Assembly (NCBI GenBank): GCA_038087875.1
Contig: CM075988.1
Span: forward strand, 25,794,001-25,858,000
DNA from: Malacoraja senta
Lineage: Eukaryota
DNA: 64,000 nt
Reading direction: 5' to 3'
A program made the position numbers and the translations under genes. Under the pieces are notes generated by a model, which made no database searches, was not told where the DNA came from, and was given only the letters and a program-made list of their open reading frames with translations. Below, one piece after another: positions 36,223 through 50,998 of the stretch. The first letter of the stretch is position 1. The number at the start of each line of letters is the position of its first letter.

Positions 36223-36660
36223 TCTCCACAGATGCTGCCTGACCCGCTGAGTTACTCCAGCACTCTGTGAAACGTCACCTATCCATGTTCTCCACAGATG
36301 CTGCCTGACCCGCTGAGTTACTCCAGCACTCTGTGAAACGTCACCTATCCATGTTCCGGCAGCATCTATGGAGCGAAGGAAATAGGCAACGTTTCGGCCC
36401 GAAACCCTTCTGGGTTTCGGCCCGAAACGTTGCCTATTTCCTTCAGGGTTTCGGCCCGAAAGGTTGCCCATTTCCTTCGCTCCACAGATGCTGCCTGACC
36501 CGCTGAGTTACTCTGGCACTCTGTGAAACGTCACCTATCCATGTTCTCCACAGATGCTGCCTGACCCGCTGAGTTACTCTGGCACTCTGTGAAACGTCAC
36601 CTATCCATGTTCTCCACAGATGCTGCCTGACCCGCTGAGTTACTCCAGCACTCTGTGTCT
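36223..36660 (+). repeat. 66-bp tandem repeat (about 4.7 copies) derived from the Penelope-like arm, interrupted by a three-lobed palindrome
   Basis: Unit tctccacagatgctgcctgacccgctgagttactccagcactctgtgaaacgtcacctatccatgt. Confidence 0.85.
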
Positions 36661-37568
36661 ACCTTCATAGAAGAGACATGCACTGATTGTACTGACAATA
36701 TATTTTGTGAATAGAAGATTATTTTTAAATTTAGATTAAAGTACTTGGATCTCAGAGTGCTTTTACTGAGCCAAGACTGATATCATCAACAAAATTGATA
36801 ACTGAGCCCCAAGATTAATTCACAAACGCTACGTTGACCTGGCAAGCTTGCAGGTCCGAACACCAGTGATTTCAGTGCCTGACATGAATGGAGATCTGAC
36901 TGCTTTGCAGCTAGTGGTTGCCATCTAGTGCCCACTGGTGGAATGGCAATGCTGAATCAAGGAATAAACTGGAGGAAGTCGTGTAGGAACGAACTGCAGA
37001 TGCTGGTTTTGGGGATGCAGATTGGGTGGCACGGTGACGCAGCGGTAGAGTTGCTGCCTTACAGCGCTTTCGGTCTTTCCTGCCTTTGTTTCTGATTAAC
37101 AGCCTCTGCGGTATTTTATTTTTCAATATATTTAGGACCATTAGCAAGACATACAGGTTTGCAGATTAATTGGCTTTGGTAAAATTGTAAACTGTCCGTA
37201 GTTTGCAGGGTAGTGTTAGTGTACGGGGTGATTGCTGGTCGGCACGGGCTCAGTGGGCAGGAAGGGCCTGTTTCCGTGCTGTATCTTTAAAGTATCCCTG
37301 AAGTCTGAAACATGCAATTGGTCAACACCAGAAGTATCACAACCTCTCCTCCTCCAGGTTGACTGCAGTAGTTTGGTCCAAGTCGGAGCCTGATCCACTT
37401 CCAGGTACCAAGAACGATGCATCTTGCGCAGAGCGTGCAGAGTTGTGGACACTTTTGTGGAGTGCAGAGTGGATTTACTGGACTGGTTCCAGGAGTCAGG
37501 TCATGTTTGTTAGTGTTACTGAGGTTCTGTCGGTCCAATCCACTGACTCACTCCCACCTGTGTTCCAG

Positions 37569-37788
37569 GCACGGCCGCTGACCAGGTATCTACCCATCAG
37601 GAAGGAAGACTTTGACCTGAGGTCACATATCGAGTCGTCGGGCCACAACCTGGAGATCTGTTACCAGATCACCATGACTCAGAAGATGTGTAAAGGTTAC
37701 CTGACCAAAATGGGCGGGAAGATTAAATCCTGGAGAAAGCGCTGGTTTGTGTTTGACCGCATGAAGCGAACGCTGTCGTATTATGTAG
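37569..37788 (+). CDS. PHLDB1: PHLDB1 exon, start of PH domain (ARPLTRYLPIRKEDFDL...CKGYLTKMGGKIKSWRKRWFVFDRMKRTLSYYV)
   Basis: ttccag|GCA ... GTAG|gtacgt, 220 nt, phase 0-1; PH beta1-beta2 basic motif. Confidence 0.97.
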
Positions 37789-37884
37789 GTACGTAGGTGG
37801 CATCACCCTGACTCCCAGTCCGTTTGCATCATGAATAATTAGTGCACATTTGTTCTCATTGAAGCTCAAACCCTGGACATTTCC

Positions 37885-38425
37885 ATAAGTTCATAGGTTC
37901 TAGGAGCAGAAATATGCCATTCAGCCCATCAAGTCTACTCCGCCATTCAATCATGGCTGATCTATCTCCCCCTCTTAACCCCGTTCTCCTGCCTTCTCCC
38001 CATAACCCCTGACACGTGTACTAATCAAGAATTTATTAATCTCTGCCTTAAAAATATCCATTGACTTGTGGCCTCCACAGTGTTCTGTGGCAGAGAATTT
38101 CACCGATTCACCACCCTCTGCCTGAAGAAATTCCGACTCATCTCCTTCCTAAAGGACCGTCCTATTATTTTGAGGCTGTGACCTCTGGTCCTAGACTTTA
38201 CCACTAGTGGAAACATCTTCTCCACATCCACTCTATCCAGGCCTTTCACTATCTGGTAAGTTTGAATGAGGTCCCCACTCATACCTCTAAACTCCAGCGA
38301 GTACAGGCCCAGTGCCGTCAAACACTCCTCATATGTTAACCCACTCATTCCTGGGATCATTCTCGTAAACCTCCTCGTGGACCCTCTCCAGAGCCAGCAC
38401 ATCCTTCCTTAGATATGGTGCCCAG
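37885..38425 (-). mobile_element. CR1 LINE 3' fragment
   Basis: RRFTRMIPGMSGLTYEE...FFRQRVVN. Confidence 0.85.
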
Positions 38426-38567
38426 GAGAAAAAACACTCCTTTCAGAAGTGTGGCCTGTGTGTCAATGTCACGTCATGGACAAAGGAAAAGACAAGTGAT
38501 AAAGTTGTACTTTAAGAACTTCTGATCTGGCCATTTTTTAATTTTAAATGATTTAATTCTTTGACAG

Positions 38568-38653
38568 ATAAACACGAAAGTAAATTAAAGGGTGTCATTT
38601 ATTTCCAAGCCATTGAAGAGGTTTACTACGACCACCTCAGAAGTGCCTCAAAG
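38568..38653 (+). CDS. PHLDB1: PHLDB1 PH-domain exon (DKHESKLKGVIYFQAIEEVYYDHLRSASK)
   Basis: ttgacag|AT ... AAG|gtaagc, 86 nt, phase 1-0. Confidence 0.96.
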
Positions 38654-38796
38654 GTAAGCACCGTTAAGACATTGTGTGGAGTTGGTGACATGTTGTGGAA
38701 GCACCCAAGGCCTCAACCTCTCTCCTGCATGTGTTGGTAACACCCTCTGTCTGACACAGAGCTCTAGGGGCTTCATGTCTTTTAATTGCTAGGTCT

Positions 38797-39098
38797 TTTA
38801 ATTTAGAGATACAGTAAGGAAACAGGCCCTTCGGCCCACCGAGGCCGCGCCAACCAGCGATCCCCACTCACTTACACTATCCTACACACACTATTATTTA
38901 CAATATATTATCAAACCAATTAACCTACAAACCTGTACATCTTTGGAGTGTGGGAGGAAACCGGAGACCCCAAAGAAAACCGTGATAGAATACAGGGAGA
39001 ACGTACAAACACCGTATAGACAGCACCTGGAGTCAGGATTGGACCCGGGTCTCTAGCCCTGTGAGGCAGCAACTGTACCCCTGCACCACCGTGCTGCC
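38797..39098 (-). mobile_element. HE1-type SINE
   Basis: Reverse-complement consensus. Confidence 0.8.
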
Positions 39099-40249
39099 AA
39101 AGATGACTTTGGTCATCTCCAGTTGTGGGGTCCTTGTATGGGGGGTGCTGCATGGTCAGGCTAAGTGAACATGGAGAGGGGAGCTGTGATCCGGTGCGGA
39201 TTATTGCAATGGGCTGTGGGATGAGGTGAAAGTTCTTCTCCATGTTGGGCATGCCAGTGGAGCAGCTCTTAGAGACGCTGCCTCAGAGCACCCCATTCCA
39301 GGTTCAATCCTCAGCTCGGGGAAGGCCTCTGCACAGTTTTCCACGTTTTCCCGTATCCGTTTGGGTTTTCTCCAACTGCTCCGGTTTCCACCCACATAGA
39401 AACATAGAAAAACTGGTGCAGGAGTAGGCCATTCGGCCCTTCGAGCCAGCACCGCCATTCAATATGATCATGGCTGATCATCTAAAATCAGTACCCCGTT
39501 CCTGCCTTCTCCCCATATCCCTTGAATCCTTCAGCCCTAAGCTACTTTCAAGTGCAGGTGGAAGGGATTATACAGAATGGGTGACGATTCGGGTCGAGAC
39601 CCTTCTTCAGACTGATGAAGGATCAGGGCAGAGAGTGGTTGATGGTCGGTGTGGAGTTGGTGCCTCTAACCATGTTGTACCTCTCTTGGACTCTGTGAAC
39701 TATTATTAAATCATCAAGTCCTTGAAACTTCTCAAGGCACTTCAGTGCCCACACCTTTTGTCCCTGTGGCATGGGTGGCACCCACGAAAGCATGGCTGGG
39801 GCCCAATTTAATAACACGACTAATAATCCTGCAGCACGATAAATATGAGCTTCCTTTTTGCCAGCAGCGCCGTTCATAATGACCTGGGCAGGGAATGAAA
39901 TGAACGCTCAGTACAATCCCTGCGCCTAGTTCTGGCACTGAATGATTGTCTCATTGTTTGCTGGGTCATTTTAATCTAGCCCAGGGAACCTTTGGAGATG
40001 AGGCCTCTTCAGGTTAAAACTAAGTGGAGTATAAATGAGGCAGGTACACCCCGACACCTACCTCACACCCACTCCGGTTTCACGCATGCATTGTTGCTGC
40101 TGCCATGCTCTGTTGTCTGTTACAGCTCCGAGCTCCACTAATAATAAACTTACTTAGAGCAGTAATCAAACTCTGTAGATTCTGCTTACTTCTCTGCTTT
40201 TCTTTCTCTTCTCGCTGTTGCTGGCTATTTCGTTCCTTGCTCCACGAAG

Positions 40250-40276
40250 GGGTATTTGAGCCTCCACACAATAAAT
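40250..40276 (+). CDS. PHLDB1: Candidate 27-nt PHLDB1 microexon in the PH domain (GYLSLHTIN)
   Basis: Long pyrimidine tract with UGC motifs, ccacgaag|GGG ... AAT|gtacgt, phase 0-0. Confidence 0.5.
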
Positions 40277-40436
40277 GTACGTACGTATGTATGTGACTGG
40301 CAGCTTTGGTGTTGTGTGTCGACCTTGCACCGCACTCTCCCCAGGCCTCGTCTCCGTTTCTATGTCGGAACAACTGCAGGACACGGTTGCTGGCTACATG
40401 ATAAGGGGCCCTTGGCTGATGCTTCGAGCTTTCTGA

Positions 40437-41015
40437 AGTTCATATGTGATAGGGGCAGAATTAGGCCATTCAGCCCATCAAGTCTTACTCCAGCATACAA
40501 TCATGGCTGATCTATCTCTCCCTCCTCACCCCATTCTCCTGCCTTCTCCCCATAACCCCTGACACACGTACTAATCAAGAATCTATCTATCTCTGCCTTA
40601 AAAATATCCACTGATTTGGCCTCCACACCCTACTGTGGCAATTAATTTTCTCAGATTCATCACCCTGTGACTAAAGAAATTCCTCCTCATCTCCTTCCTA
40701 AAGGAACATCTTTTAATTCTGAGGCTGTGACCTCTGGTCTTAGACTCCCCCACTAGTGGAAACATCCTCTCCACATCCACTCTATCCAGGCCTTTCACTA
40801 TTCGGTAAGTTTCAATGAGGGTCCCCCTCATCCTTCTAAACTCCAGCGAGTACAGGCCCAGTGTCGTCAAACGCTCATCATATGTTAACCCACTCATTCC
40901 TGGGATCATTCTCGTAAATGTCCTCTCCAGAGCCTGCACATCCTTCATCAGATATGGTGCCCAAAACTGCTCACAATACTCCAAATGCAGCCTGACCAGC
41001 GCCTTACAGAGCCTC
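40437..41015 (-). mobile_element. CR1 LINE 3' fragment
   Basis: LVRLHLEYCEQFWAPYL...RMIPGMSGLTYDERL. Confidence 0.85.
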
Positions 41016-41154
41016 CGCATTCCAAGCCACTCTGCCACTCTCTGACCTGTCGGCATGTTCACACTCTTGTCACAGGCAGAGAAATCTACCTCAACCCATG
41101 GTAACCCCTTGAAGAAAGCCTGGGAATGTCATCCACCAAAGCCCCGTCAACCCA

Positions 41155-42898
<1,744 letters not shown>

Positions 42899-43159
42899 GC
42901 TCAATAGCCAGTGTTCCTTGATCCTTGGGTAATACTTTTCTTTAGTGTTTGTTTTTGCAGCAGCTTTTTTTTCCCTCAGCCTGTCCGTTGATCACACCCA
43001 TGGCCACAGTCAGTCAGCAGCTGAAATAGAAAGAAGAGGCACCACGCAGTTTCAGGAAATATACTTCTGATCACACTGCCACAAGCGTGGCTCTGCCTGA
43101 CACTGATCCTAGCAACGTACAGGTGTAAAACCTTGTCCCAACACCATTTTTATTAATCT

Positions 43160-43580
43160 TGTTTATTATTGTCAAGTGTGCCAACGTAGTCAAACACTTT
43201 CTTGTTGCGTTGTCCAGTCAGCAATTAGACTATATATGATTACAATCAAGACAGATATAGGATAAAGGGAATAACAAGGTAAAGTTGTCCAATTAATGAC
43301 CGTTCAAGGGTCTCCAGGGAAGTAGATGGGAGGTCAGGACAGCTCTCTAGCTGGTGAGTGGACGGTTCAGTTGCCTGATAAAAGCTGGGAAGAAACTGCC
43401 CCTGAATCTGGAGGTGTGTGTTTTCACACTTCTGTACCTCTTGCCTGATGGGAGAGGGGAGAAGAGGGAGTGACCGGGGTGAGACTGGTCCTTGATGATG
43501 CTGCTGGCCTTGCCGAGGCAGCGTGAGGTATAGATGGAGACAATGGAAGGGAGGTTGGTTTGTGTGAGAGTCTGGGCTCT
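43160..43580 (-). mobile_element. LINE 3' end (L2-like); related copy at about 51830-52325
   Basis: Shared ttgcctgata..gctgggaagaaactg...ggaagggaggttggtttgtgtga block in both places. Confidence 0.6.
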
Positions 43581-43696
43581 TGTTTACAGAACACTATGTT
43601 GACATATTTTATTGTGCTGATGCAAGTAAGAATTTCACTGTTGTGCTTATAGAGTCAAGAACACTCTTGACTCTATAATTGTCCTTGAGGGATTGA

Positions 43697-43876
<180 letters not shown>

Positions 43877-45088
43877 GGACCAGGGATGGAGTGAGTTGGC
43901 CATGTGCGGAGCCTCACACACCAGACCTGCTCAGCCCAGCGCTCGCTGCCTGCATTGACTGACTGACTGCCCCTCTCTCCCTGACTCCCTCTCCCCCTCC
44001 CACACAATTACTCCTGCCCTCTGCCCACCACGGGCAATCGGTAAACCAGTCTCCTCACCGTGCGGTGCAAAGGCGGGCGGCGTGGCCTTCTCCAACGCTT
44101 TTGCCGGAAGTTGGCGTCAGACAAACGATTTCTTCACCCTAAAGCAAAACAAGAGGCTGCAGATGCTGCCTCGCAGAATGGACACGGACTCTCCAAGCGG
44201 ATGGACAAACGGAGACAACAGTGAAAATAATAGATACAAGGAGGTGAATAATTGGGCCTGGAACATCAGGCTGGCTTCACCAATGCTCTGTGATGCCGTC
44301 ACCATGGGGACGGGTGGTTGGACGGCAATGGCAGTGCCCGGGCAGGCCCTGCCGCCTCTGGTGAACACAAACGTTCCGTCTTCAGTGACGGCCAAACACG
44401 CACTGGCAGATCAAAGGAACGTGACGGTTTCTCCATGAGCACACGCGTGTGTGGACCGACTGCGGTGGCGTTATCGGCAGCAAGAGCGGCGGGGTGAACT
44501 CCGAGTTGCCCGCGGACATGGTGGAGACGACGTGCCTTTAACCCTCTGGCCCAGGGAATCCAAGTGCTCAGTCTAAGGACATGTTTTGGCATAAGAACGT
44601 TTCTCTTGAACTGAATCAGGGATTGAAATATGTTTTATTTTATTAACTTTTGGTCTTGTTGTTGAACATCTCTGTTAAAGGATGACTTCAGCTGAGGTAG
44701 CCGTGCGGCAGAACTTACCTCGACAATACGAGTGATTTTTACCATTTTTATAAATATTAGAAGCCCAGTATTGCTTCTGCCTCCCACTCGCCCTGTGCCA
44801 TAGTCTGCTTCACACATCAGTAACCATTCCCCATTTGTGCTTTCCTGCACCCCTGCCTTTAAGCCAGTTTCATACCACGGACAAGAAGAAAAGGGAATTC
44901 CATCTCGAGAATCTTTTTTGTGTTTCTCGAGGACAATGTGTGTTAAAGGATCTAGGACTTGTTGATCGAAACCTCAGCCACGTTACACGAGCTTCATCCC
45001 TGCCTTGGTTACAAGACATTGTGATGGCTTAGTTGTATCACATCTCGTTGGTCATTAGAGATGTGGACTTGCCCAATGCAGAGGGTTA

Positions 45089-45303
45089 AAGGCCTGTCCC
45101 ACTTGTGGCGACTGCCGGCCTCATATCAGCGTCGCCAAAAGATTTTGAACATTTCAAAATCCAGCGGCGACAAAAAAAATGTCGCGACATTTGAAAAAAA
45201 ATTGCGCGTCGTGCATCATCGCGCCGCGTATTTTTCGGTGACCCGATACGTCAGTCAACGATGCCGGCAGTCGCCGAGAAAATCGCCAAGTGGGACAGGC
45301 CCT
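45089..45303. mobile_element. PIF/Harbinger-like MITE in the probable 3' UTR
   Basis: Same TIR, TTA on both sides. Confidence 0.7.
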
Positions 45304-45588
45304 TTAGTAGCCTATCCTAACCCTCCTTGCCGCCTCTGTTACGTGGTGCCTCCCTGCCCCGCATCAGGGACAACACGCTAGTACTGGAGCCGTCTGCCTC
45401 AGTTGAGCGCCGTCCTAATCCTCTTGGCCATCTGCTGAGGACGGGAGGATTTGGATGGAGGTCAAGTGAGGTGTGAGACGTGTCTCTGTGCTTGAATAGA
45501 CCACGGCCATTTGCTGAGCAGTGGTTTAACCACAGGCTGGAAAACCCCAGCATTCATTTTCCAGGGGGCAAGGCTGTCCATCAGACCA

Positions 45589-45779
45589 GTGTTTAAGAAG
45601 GAACTGCAGATGCTGGAAAATCGAAGGTAGAGAAAAAGTGCTGGAGAAACTCAGCGGGTGCAGCAGCATCTATGGAGCGAAGGAAATAGGCAACGTTTCG
45701 GCCCGAAACCCTTCCGGGTTTCGGCCCGAAACGTTGCCCATTTCCTTCAGCGTTTCGGCCCGAAACGTTGCCTATTTCC
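45589..45779. mobile_element. Penelope-like three-lobed repeat in the probable PHLDB1 3' UTR
   Basis: Nearly identical to the left arm and centre of 9385-9630. Confidence 0.7.
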
Positions 45780-45891
45780 ATTAGACTTGATCGCTGTACC
45801 TCTGTTACAAGGGGAAGGAGCAAATCAGCCCGGATGCCGTTTCTCATTGCTCTCCAGTGATACCCATTGACATGGGTGCTGAACCTGAACT

Positions 45892-45897
45892 AATAAA
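45892..45897 (+). terminator. Probable PHLDB1 polyadenylation signal (3' UTR of about 2 kb)
   Basis: First AATAAA I found after the stop, followed by T/GT-rich sequence (tttcatactttgctgttctc). Confidence 0.55.
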
Positions 45898-46266
45898 TCA
45901 CATTTATACCTTTCATACTTTGCTGTTCTCTTCAACCCACAGCTGAGTATCGGTGATAATATGACGGCCAATATTCCTCCCGTCACTCTTCCCCATACCC
46001 CACGCCTCCACACCCCTCCCAGTCACACCCAGAGGACAGGCTAGGAGAGGCACGTAAAAGCAGCGTTTTATAAACAGGAGGGTCAACGTTGAGAGGAATG
46101 CGTGGAGGTGGACAAGGTGTCGGATTACTGGGGCGACTGCTTCACGGGCAGATGGGAATTTGGGCAGGGGGAGACTTTGGGCGTGATCGGGGTCGGCCAG
46201 ACCAACACTGATGCGAGGTCTTCTTCCGAGCACAGAGAGAGCAGGCCTCAGCAACATCACCACTCC

Positions 46267-46835
46267 TAGTGAGACCACACCTGGAGTATTGTGTGCAGTT
46301 TTGGTCCTCTAATCTGAGGAAGGACATTCTTGCTATGGAGGGAGTGCAGCGTAGGTTTACAAGGTTAATTCCCAGGATGGCGGGACTGTCATATGCTGAG
46401 AGAATGGAGCAGCTGGGCTTGTACACTCTGGAGTTTAGAAGGATGAGAGGAAGTCTCATTGAAACATAAGATTGTTAAGGGCTTGGACACGCTAGAGGCA
46501 GGAAACATGTTCCCGATGTTGGGTGAGTCCAGAACCAGGGGCCACAGTTTAAGAATAAGGAGTAAGCCATTTAGAACGGAGACGAGGAAATACTTTTTCT
46601 CACAGCTAGTTGTGAGTCTGTGGAATTCTCTGCCTCAGAGGGCGGTGGAGGCCGGTTCTCTGAATGCTTTCAAGAGAGAGCTTGATAGGGCTCTTAAAAA
46701 TAGCGGAGTCAGGGGATATGGGGAGAAGGCAGGAATGGGGTACTGATTGGGGATGATCAGCCATGATCACATTGAATGGCGGTGCTGGCTCGAAGGGCCG
46801 AATGGCCTACTCCTGCACCTATTGTCTATTGTCTA
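46267..46835 (+). mobile_element. CR1/HER1 LINE 3' fragment
   Basis: RPHLEYCVQFWS...LWNSLPQRAVEAGS; (attgtct)n tail. Confidence 0.9.
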
Positions 46836-47224
46836 CCTGAGTCAATAGTGGACGCCATTACCTTTGTTTAAGGAAATCAGAAGGCCCACGCATTGCTGGA
46901 CGACTGGTCAGCCCACTGGAGATCACCCGGCCGTCAAATGAGCTGCAAACGAGGGGGGTGGGTCAGTGGCTGGGGGGGAGCTGGGCACCACTTTGCCATC
47001 TATCTGGATCTGGAGTACATTGCGGTGGCACAGCGGTAGAGTTGCTGCTGCTGCCTTACAGCGCCAGAGACAGGAAGCAGCTTATCCTGTCTCCCAATCA
47101 TGGCCTAGAGCAGACAGAGGTGGTTCATCTGATGGATCCATGTTTTTGCTGTAACACGATCAAGGGATGAGTAGACCCAAGCACAGAGAAGTCACAGGCC
47201 TCAGTTAAACTAGAGGCTCTTCAC

Positions 47225-47785
47225 GGGTTATAGGAGTAGAATTAGGCCATTCGGCCCATCGAGTCCACTCCGCCATTCAATCATGGCTGATCTCTGCCTC
47301 CTAATCCCATTTTCCTACCTTCTCCCCATAACCCTTGACACCCGTTCTAATCAAGAATCTATCTCTGCCTTCAAAATACCCACTGGTGGTCTCCACAGCC
47401 CTTTGTAGCAATGAGTTCCACTGATGAACCACCCTCTGACTAAAGAAGTTCCTCCTCACCTCCTTTCTAAAAGAGCGCCCTTTAATTCTGAGCCTTTGAC
47501 CTCTGGTCCTAGACTCTCCCACCAATGGAAACATCCTTTCCACATCCACCTTTCATTATTCGGTATGTTTCAATGAGGTCCCCCCTCAACCTTCTAAACT
47601 CCAGCGAGTACAGGCCCCAGTGCGGTCAAACGCTCATCATATGCTAACCCACTCAGTCCTGGGATCATTCTTGTAAACCTCCTCTGGACCCTCTCCAGAG
47701 CCAGCACATCCTTCCTCAGATATGGGGCCCAAACTTGCTCACAGTAGTCCAAATGTGGCCTGACCAGAGCCTCACAGAACCTCAG
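47225..47785 (-). mobile_element. CR1 LINE 3' fragment
   Basis: DVERMFPLVGESRTRG...FFSQRVV. Confidence 0.85.
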
Positions 47786-50700
47786 CTGTGACTAGAATCA
47801 TGACAAATGACTCAGCGTGAGAAAACCCCAAGACTGAGCAAAAACCGAGACAAACATCAGAACTCATCAGAACAAGGAGGGAACTCAGTAACACAAATGA
47901 TAATGACAGACAGCTGAATACACTTAAACATCATTGAACACAATAGTGTACAGTACCCTCAGTGGTCAGCAGGGGGAGCAGCCGGCATCGGGACAGGAAC
48001 AGCATCAACACAATGGGCCGAATAGCCTCATTCATTTGTTACCATTTTAACACGTAATCTGTTGGGAAGTGAGCATTGGAACTTCTCCATACTCTGCTTA
48101 ATGGGTTAGCAAAGGGGGACGTAATGATCATAAATTCAATTGTACAGAGCCCGACCCTTGCATTAAACAGCTGGCCGCCAGGATTACAGCAGGATAATGT
48201 CTTACACTCCAACCAGTGCAGTCGTCTGAAGAGTTTGTGCTTCTGGTTCTAACACTTGGAGTACTGACTATTGATTTGCTGTTTATTTATTCATTAAATT
48301 ACTCCCATCCGCTGCTCTGGAGGATTTATACTGACCAGACCTCCATGTTGTAGCCCTGTGTTACACCGCAGACCTGTGCCCCCTGGTATTCTCGTCCCAA
48401 ACCTGGTAACATGGCATATCCGCTCATATCGTGTCTCGGCACCCCTGCTGTTTGGTGACCTGTACCACACCCAATGGTATGTGATCCATTTCACAAGTTC
48501 TAGGAGCCGAATAAGGCCATTCGGCCCATCAAGTCTACTCCACCACTCAATCATAGCTGATCTATCATTCCCTCTCAACCCCATTCTCCTGCCTTCTCCC
48601 CGTAACCCCCGACACCCGTACTAATCAAATGTCTGCGGGAAGGAACTGCTGACGCTGGTTTAAACCGAAGGTAGACACAAAATGATGGAGTAACTCTGAA
48701 GAAGGGTCTCGACCCGAAATGTCACCCATTCCTTCTCTCCAGAGATGCTGCCTGTCCCGCTGAGTTACTCCTGCATTTTTTTGTCTAATCAAAAATCTGT
48801 TAATCTCCACCTTAAAAATATCCATTGACTTGGCCCCTCCACAACCATCTGAATTGTGAATGAATTCCACAGATTCACCAGCCTCTGACTAAAGAACTCT
48901 GGTGACAGACCAACATCCACCAGGAGTGGACCTTGACCTTGTCTGATAACAGACCAGTAATGAAGTGCACTGCTACATGGTGGCAGGTCCGTTCCCACCT
49001 CTACCATGGTCCAGTGTTAAACAGTGACGAGGACTGGAGCTCACACTCTGTAAATAAGGAAGTTAAATGTTTCCAGGAGACACAGGGAACTGCAGATGCT
49101 GGAATCTTGAGCAAATCACAGAGTGCTGGAGTAACTCAGCAGGTCAGGCAGCATCTGTGGAGGAAATGGATAAAGTCTGATGGAGACCTGAAAGGTCTGT
49201 TGCCTCCACAGATGCTGCCTGACACACTGAGGTACTCCAGCGCTTTGTAAATGTAACCCTCTCTTGACCCATGTTTTCGGTTTTGAATTGAAAGGAACAG
49301 TTTTAAAAGATTACACAACTTTCAAACCTTCTCAGCAGAATTTATTTTTATAATTCAAAGACAGAGTTACCCAAAGGACTGTGTCAGCTTTCTTCAGGCT
49401 GATGTCCGGTCCCAACTCTGACTAGTCAGTAAGAGTGAATGCTGAGGATCAGGTTAAAATCCCATTTACATGGATCCCTTTATATATCATCGCACCATAT
49501 TGTTGTATGATTACAAACTGTTACTGTCGGGTTAAATAATGATCCTTGTAAGACTCAATGACAAAAATGTCATATTTTTATATATATGTGAAATATGCAA
49601 AGCAAATAGTGAATATTCATTGCCATTCATTCATGTGACATACTGTATATTTACATCATAAAATCAAATCCAATAACTTTCTCTCATCAAAGCTGTTAGT
49701 GGTTACTGTAAAATCGGATTTTGATGCATATTGAATTTTCTGTCAATTTCTCCATTTTATCCACACACTAAACTAGTCCAGGTTTAGATTTATTATTGCC
49801 AGTGAACTGAGCTACAGTGAATAGCTTTGTTTTGAATGCTATCCAATCTAATCCAATAATGTTATACAGAAGTACAGTCAGACCAAACTCAAGTATGATA
49901 GGTAGAGAAAAAACGTTTTAAAAGAGTAGAGTAATTGTATCAGATAATTTAGCGTAGACACAGCAGGGAAACAGGCACTTTGGCCCAGCAAGTCCACAGC
50001 CGACCTTCAATCACCCATCGCCACTAGTTCAATGTTACCCCACGCCTACACACTAGGGGAATTTTACAGAGGCCAATTAACCTGCAAGCCTGCACATCTT
50101 TGGTATGTGGCAGGAAGCCGGAGCACCCAGAGGAAACCCACATGGTCACAGGGAGAACATGCAAACTCCACACTGACAGCATTACAGGTCAGGATGGAAG
50201 CCGGGTCTCTGGCGCTGAGAGGCAGCAGCTCTACCTGCTGCACTACTGTGCCGCCCATAGTGGATACTCCGCTGGGATCAGCACACACAGAGTCGCCACG
50301 TTCCTGCACCATCTGAACGACTGGGCCAGTGTAAATACCAACAAGAACATCCACAAGATCCCTTGCAATAGCTCGACCAAGCTTCTTTCCATGTCCACAC
50401 CTCATCCGCAGAGAGGGCAAGTAGCAATGCCATGGGATGCAGTTTCCTCTCCAAGTCACACATCGCCCAGGATGGAGGTACACTGTCCCTTCATGGATGG
50501 GTCAGTGGGAGCACCGTGCACAGGAACTACATCCACCATCTCTTCAAGGACAGTTAATGATGGACATGGACATTTGGGCAGCACAGTAGCGCAGCGGTAG
50601 AGTCGTTGCCTTGCAGCGCCAGAGACCCAGGTTCGATCCAGACTCCGGGTGCTACGGGTATCTGTTGGCTGTTGAAACTGGAAAAAAAGGGGCGATGCAC

Positions 50701-50998
50701 GGTATATGAACAATATTATTTCCCACATCCGTGTCCTCTACAGCCCACGATTGAAAAATATGTGTTGAGTAGCATTTGATGGAGCCCATATCCGCGAGGA
50801 TATTAATCGCTAACTACACCCTGCATTTGCCAGTTTCCAACCCGCGTAAATGTCACCCTGAACCTCAAATGGTATTTTGACTTTTTTTCCCTGTTAACAA
50901 CAATTCACATCTTCACAGCATTATTAACATCATAAATGACCCAGCAATCTTCTCTTGAGAAATTTTCTAAGATTCAAGGTTTTCCAAAAGGATCTGAT

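Noticed and set aside
36223..36660. CRISPR-like repeat array
   Set aside because: Eukaryotic context, no unique spacers, and the units are a plain tandem of a retroelement arm.
50100..50600. 166-aa ORF
   Set aside because: Spans SINE pieces and what appears to be an old LINE 3' fragment.
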